Below, piece after piece: positions 35,322-38,787 of a stretch of 38,787 nt of DNA. The stretch comes from Octopus bimaculoides (Eukaryota), in assembly GCF_001194135.2 (NCBI RefSeq), contig NC_068987.1, forward strand, positions 76,199,222 to 76,238,008, read 5' to 3'. Position 1 is the first letter of the stretch; the number at the start of each line of letters is the position of its first letter. The notes beneath the pieces are model-generated. The model saw only the letters and a list, made by a program, of their open reading frames with translations. It ran no database searches and was not told the origin of the DNA. A program made the position numbers and the translations under genes.

Positions 35322-36253
35322 ATGATTAAGATAAATAGAGAAGTGAAGGAAGGACACAGAAATATATATAAAAAAAGGTGAAGTTAGACCACCCATTTTG
35401 TTTCAAACACATTTTCTTCTCATGGTCACATCAACATCCCACGCGGTTTTAACCGTTAGTAAATTAACTTGTCGATTTAGACCACCGCTTGTCGCCTTGA
35501 ATTCCAGCGATTTATATATTAAGTTATTATATCGACCTACATTCGCCATTTCATTTAATGTAATTCGAACCAACACAGTTAACTCTAACTTATGTATTTA
35601 ATCTAATTTATAATGTCTAGTTTTAATATAAAAAAAATTTTTTTCAGTCTTTCATTCTAGCTTTCCAAGCATTCTATTCTTGCAATCAGACAAAATACAA
35701 AAAATTTTTAGATTAAAAAATGGAAATGAAACTACCGCATTTTTTTGACATACAAGTCGAATTTTGCAGACCAAAATTCACTGCCGATAAAGATAAGTTG
35801 ACTTAAAGACGACTTCAGAGGTTCAAAAATTCTATCATATATAAAATGCAGCAGAATTTGGAAAGATAGTGACAATGATCGAATATTTATATATTGCTTC
35901 TTCTATTATTTACTGCGTCGCTTTGTATGCCGGGAAATATTGGATATTGTTGTTACCGTCGTAGATATTATGTCGACGGTCAAGCCTGATCGACGACAAC
36001 TATGATCGGCAATGTTCCATATGTCACTATCATGTTTAGTTTGTATACCAGGGACGGCATTATACCTGTGTGTTCCCCTTTATTAGGACGGTAGAGTAAA
36101 TATGAGATGAGGAAAATTTGGCTGTTATTTCTAATAAGCCAGGTGATTGCATAAAGGAGTGGTTCACAAACCTTCGAAGTTCAGCGCCCCTATTCACTCA
36201 ATGACGTTTTACAAATATCCCTCCATATGTTTTCCTCTTTTATATTTTTACAT

Positions 36254-36578
36254 CTTTCACTTGCTTCAGTCATTGGACAACGACCATGCCGGCCACCATC
36301 TTTAAAGGTTAGTCGAACAAATTGACCCCAGTACAATCGAATTTTGATTTGTTTCTTTTACTTGCCGAACAGCTATTGGACGGGGTGGGGGTGGACGTAA
36401 AAAAGACCAACACTGGTTAAGTGGTGTGGCGCGCGCACACACACACACAAATGCATTCGCAAGGCATTAGTGAACCTGTGGCTATAGTAAAAGACACTTG
36501 CCTAAGGTGCTATACAATGAGACAGATCTCAAAACCAAATAGTTGCAATGCGAACTTCCTATCCACACAGCCATGCCT
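36254..36578 (-). mobile_element. SINE type C, old diverged near-full copy
   Basis: TTCAGTCATT..CCATGC..TAGTCGAACAAATTGACCCCAG..(CA)n..CAAGGCATT..GGCTATAGTAAAAGACACTTGCCTAAGGTGC..AACTTCCTA.CCACACAGCCATGCCT. Confidence 0.75.
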
Positions 36579-36775
36579 CGCTGAATGTAATAACAGAAGA
36601 GCACTAATTATAGCAAGATTTATAACTAAATTAATAGTATTAGTGCCTGTAAACAAAAACGAAATTAGAACCGAGGGCAACATTACAAATTGAAATTTAA
36701 AAGAAAACTAATAAGTTTATTGCAAGTGTTAGCAAATCACGCGCGCACATACACATACATCAATATTTAGAAGTC

Positions 36776-36915
36776 TTCAAATTCCCACGAGGTTGACTTT
36801 GCCTTTCATCTTTTCGGGATCGATAAATTAAGTATCAGTTGCGTACTGGAGTCTATTTAATCGACTGGCCCCCACCTCCAAAATCTTGGGCCTTGTGCCT
36901 AGAGTAGAAAAATAT
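36776..36915 (+). mobile_element. SINE type A, 5'-truncated, TAGAGTAGAAAA tail
   Basis: TTCAAATTCC..GAGGTTGACTTTGCCTTTCATC.TTTCGGG.TCGATAAATTAAGTA.CAGTTGCGTACTGG..GGGCCTTGTGCCTAGAGTAGAAAA. Confidence 0.9.
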
Positions 36916-37308
36916 ATTTAGCAGCCTTAAAAATTGAAAAGAAATCAATTCAAAAATATTTCTTAGAAAGTTTCTAAGAACAATCACGCCCTCTCTAAGA
37001 ACTCACCATCCCATAATATTTCTCAACGAATGGGAGCTGAGATGATTGAAAGGGGGCGGTCATATTGACATTATCCCCATTTTCAATAAACTGAAAATGG
37101 TTTTAATGTAGTCTAACGCCAAGAGGATTACAAAGATGCAAACTCTTTTCTTCTGATTAGTAAAAAAGTGGGAAATGAAAAATTTCACTAGTATTTTGGG
37201 GCTGTTGTTGGTGCTACGAATAACAGCAGCAGATTCCCTCTAATCACTGCCAACAGCTTTAAATAACGAACAACAATGATCAATGAGACTTCTAATTTTG
37301 ATCTGGAT

Positions 37309-37604
37309 CTCCGTCAGTTACGACGACGAGTGTTCAAGTTGGTTCGATCAACGGAACAGCCTGCTCGTGAAATTAACGTGCATGTGGCTGAGCACTCCAC
37401 AGGCACGCGTACCCTTAACGTAGTTCTTAGGGAGAGATTCAGCGTGACACAGGAAATGTTAAGGCTGGCCGTTTTGAATTACAGCTGCAACATATTTTTG
37501 CCAGCTGAGTGTCTTGCTCAAGGACACAACAAGCTGCCGGGAATCAACCTCACAACTTTACGATCGTCAGCCGAATATTGTAACCTCTAAGCCATGCACC
37601 TTCA
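37309..37604 (-). mobile_element. SINE with type B 3' body but a different tRNA-like head
   Basis: 37309-37480 matches the type B tail; 37490-37604 (TCTTGCTCAAGGACACAAC..CCGGGAATC.A.CTCAC.AC.TTACGATCG..AGCCGAAT..TAACC.CTAAGCCA.GC.CCTTCA) differs from the 8900-9063 head. Confidence 0.75.
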
Positions 37605-37988
37605 TTTTGTAGTACTACATGCCTCTGAAAACCGTGGGATAGTAACGGTTTGAACGTCTGTGAACATACTTGCAGCTCCATCGGGGTCGACTGACATGCA
37701 TTTAAACAACAATGATAACAACAAATACAATCCACTCCACGTATTGATTGAAAGCCACACATTTTGGGGAATCGTTAGATCAAAGGTTTAAAACCTTTTG
37801 TCAGAAAGGATTAGCACAAAATCTATGGAGAAAACTTGGTGGTTCCTAGAATATAGATTTACTTTTAATTGACCCTTTCATACATACATACATACATACA
37901 TACATACATACATACACACACACATACATACATATATACATACATACACACATACGCACTCATACACATATACGTGCATAGACGCAAA

Positions 37989-38399
37989 TACTCTTTTACT
38001 TGTTTCAGTCATTTGACTGCGGCCATGCTAGAGCACCGCCTATAGTCGAGCAAATAGACCTCGGGACTTATTCTTTGTAAACCTAGTGTTTATCCTATCG
38101 GTCTCTTTTGACGAACTGCTAATTTACGGGGATGTAAACACACCAGCATCGGTTGTCAAGCGATGGTGGGGGGGACAAACACAGACACACAAACATGTAC
38201 ACATACATACACACACGCACACACATACATACANNNNNNNNNNATGGGCTTCTTTCAGTTTCCGTCTACCAAATCCACTCACAAGGCTTTGGTCGGCCCA
38301 AGACTATAGTAGAAGACACTTGCTCAAGATGCCGCGCAGTGAGACTGAACCCGGAACCATGTGGTTGGTAAGCAAGCTACTTACCACACAGCCATTCCT
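37989..38399 (-). mobile_element. SINE type C (CORE-like), full length with internal (CA/TA) microsatellite
   Basis: Minus-strand head AGGAATGGCTGTGTGGTAAG..GGTTCCGGGTTCAGTC (A/B boxes), CORE-like CTTGAGCAAGTGTCTTCTACTATAG, microsatellite with 10-N gap, 3' half ending ..GACTGAAACAAGTAAAAGAGTA. Confidence 0.93.
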
Positions 38400-38547
38400 A
38401 CGCGTATCTAATGATCCTTCCGCACATAAACATATACAGGTATAACTACACATGCATACACACGTACACATACATACACACACGCACACACATACATACA
38501 TACATACATACATATGTATATATTACATAGTATGACATAAAACACAG

Positions 38548-38708
38548 CTGACTGCAAAAACTACGGTATGGACCAGTGGTGGTCCATCAGGGCCACCTGG
38601 TACGTCACAGGTGCAAATGATTACATCAAACCCAGTACTTGAGTTCATCGATCCCCCAAACACAAGCTTTGCTCTCGGTGGGATTTTTAACCCAGAACGG
38701 AAAGAGAA
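38548..38708 (+). CDS. Candidate internal exon of an unidentified gene (LTAKTTVWTSGGPSGPPGTSQVQMITSNPVLEFIDPPNTSFALGGIFNPERKE)
   Basis: GC-richer island between microsatellites; 161-nt open frame (phase 0 to 2) ending at a strong donor AA|GTAAGC; acceptor ACACAG| is weak (alternative TCACAG| at 38610). The antisense frame is also open. Confidence 0.35.
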
Positions 38709-38787
38709 GTAAGCAAACACCGTAACATTTCTTTCCAGTGCTGCCTTTTGCATTAAATGATAATATATATATATATATATATATATA

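Noticed and set aside
37175-37243. Signal-peptide-like MKNFTSILGLLLVLRITAADSL*
   Set aside because: Stops after 22 codons with no usable donor; likely chance.

Overview
AT-rich, microsatellite-dense eukaryotic scaffold DNA with about 4.3 kb of N gaps. The repeat families (three tRNA-derived SINE types, RTE-, CR1/Jockey- and Penelope-like remnants, Tc1/mariner) are consistent with an octopod cephalopod genome; this is an inference from recalled repeat sequences, not a database result. No intact protein-coding gene, rRNA, true tRNA or CRISPR array is recognisable, and nearly all ORF-track entries are microsatellite, N-gap or repeat artefacts. Well-supported features: a full-length but decayed Tc3-like DD34E transposon (12813-14352), a 127-bp Tc1/mariner MITE, about 20 SINE copies, short LINE/PLE fragments, and a composite locus at 32.9-33.4 kb (MITE + 92-bp fold-back inverted duplication + Penelope-type LTR fragment with a degenerate minimal hammerhead). 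A second hammerhead-like fold lies at 18358-18402 (-). A few splice-site-bounded open frames may be exons of an unidentified host gene with long introns, but none could be assigned. I found no convincing evidence of a new biological system; the most interesting signals are retroelement-associated RNA structures and modular SINE architecture.
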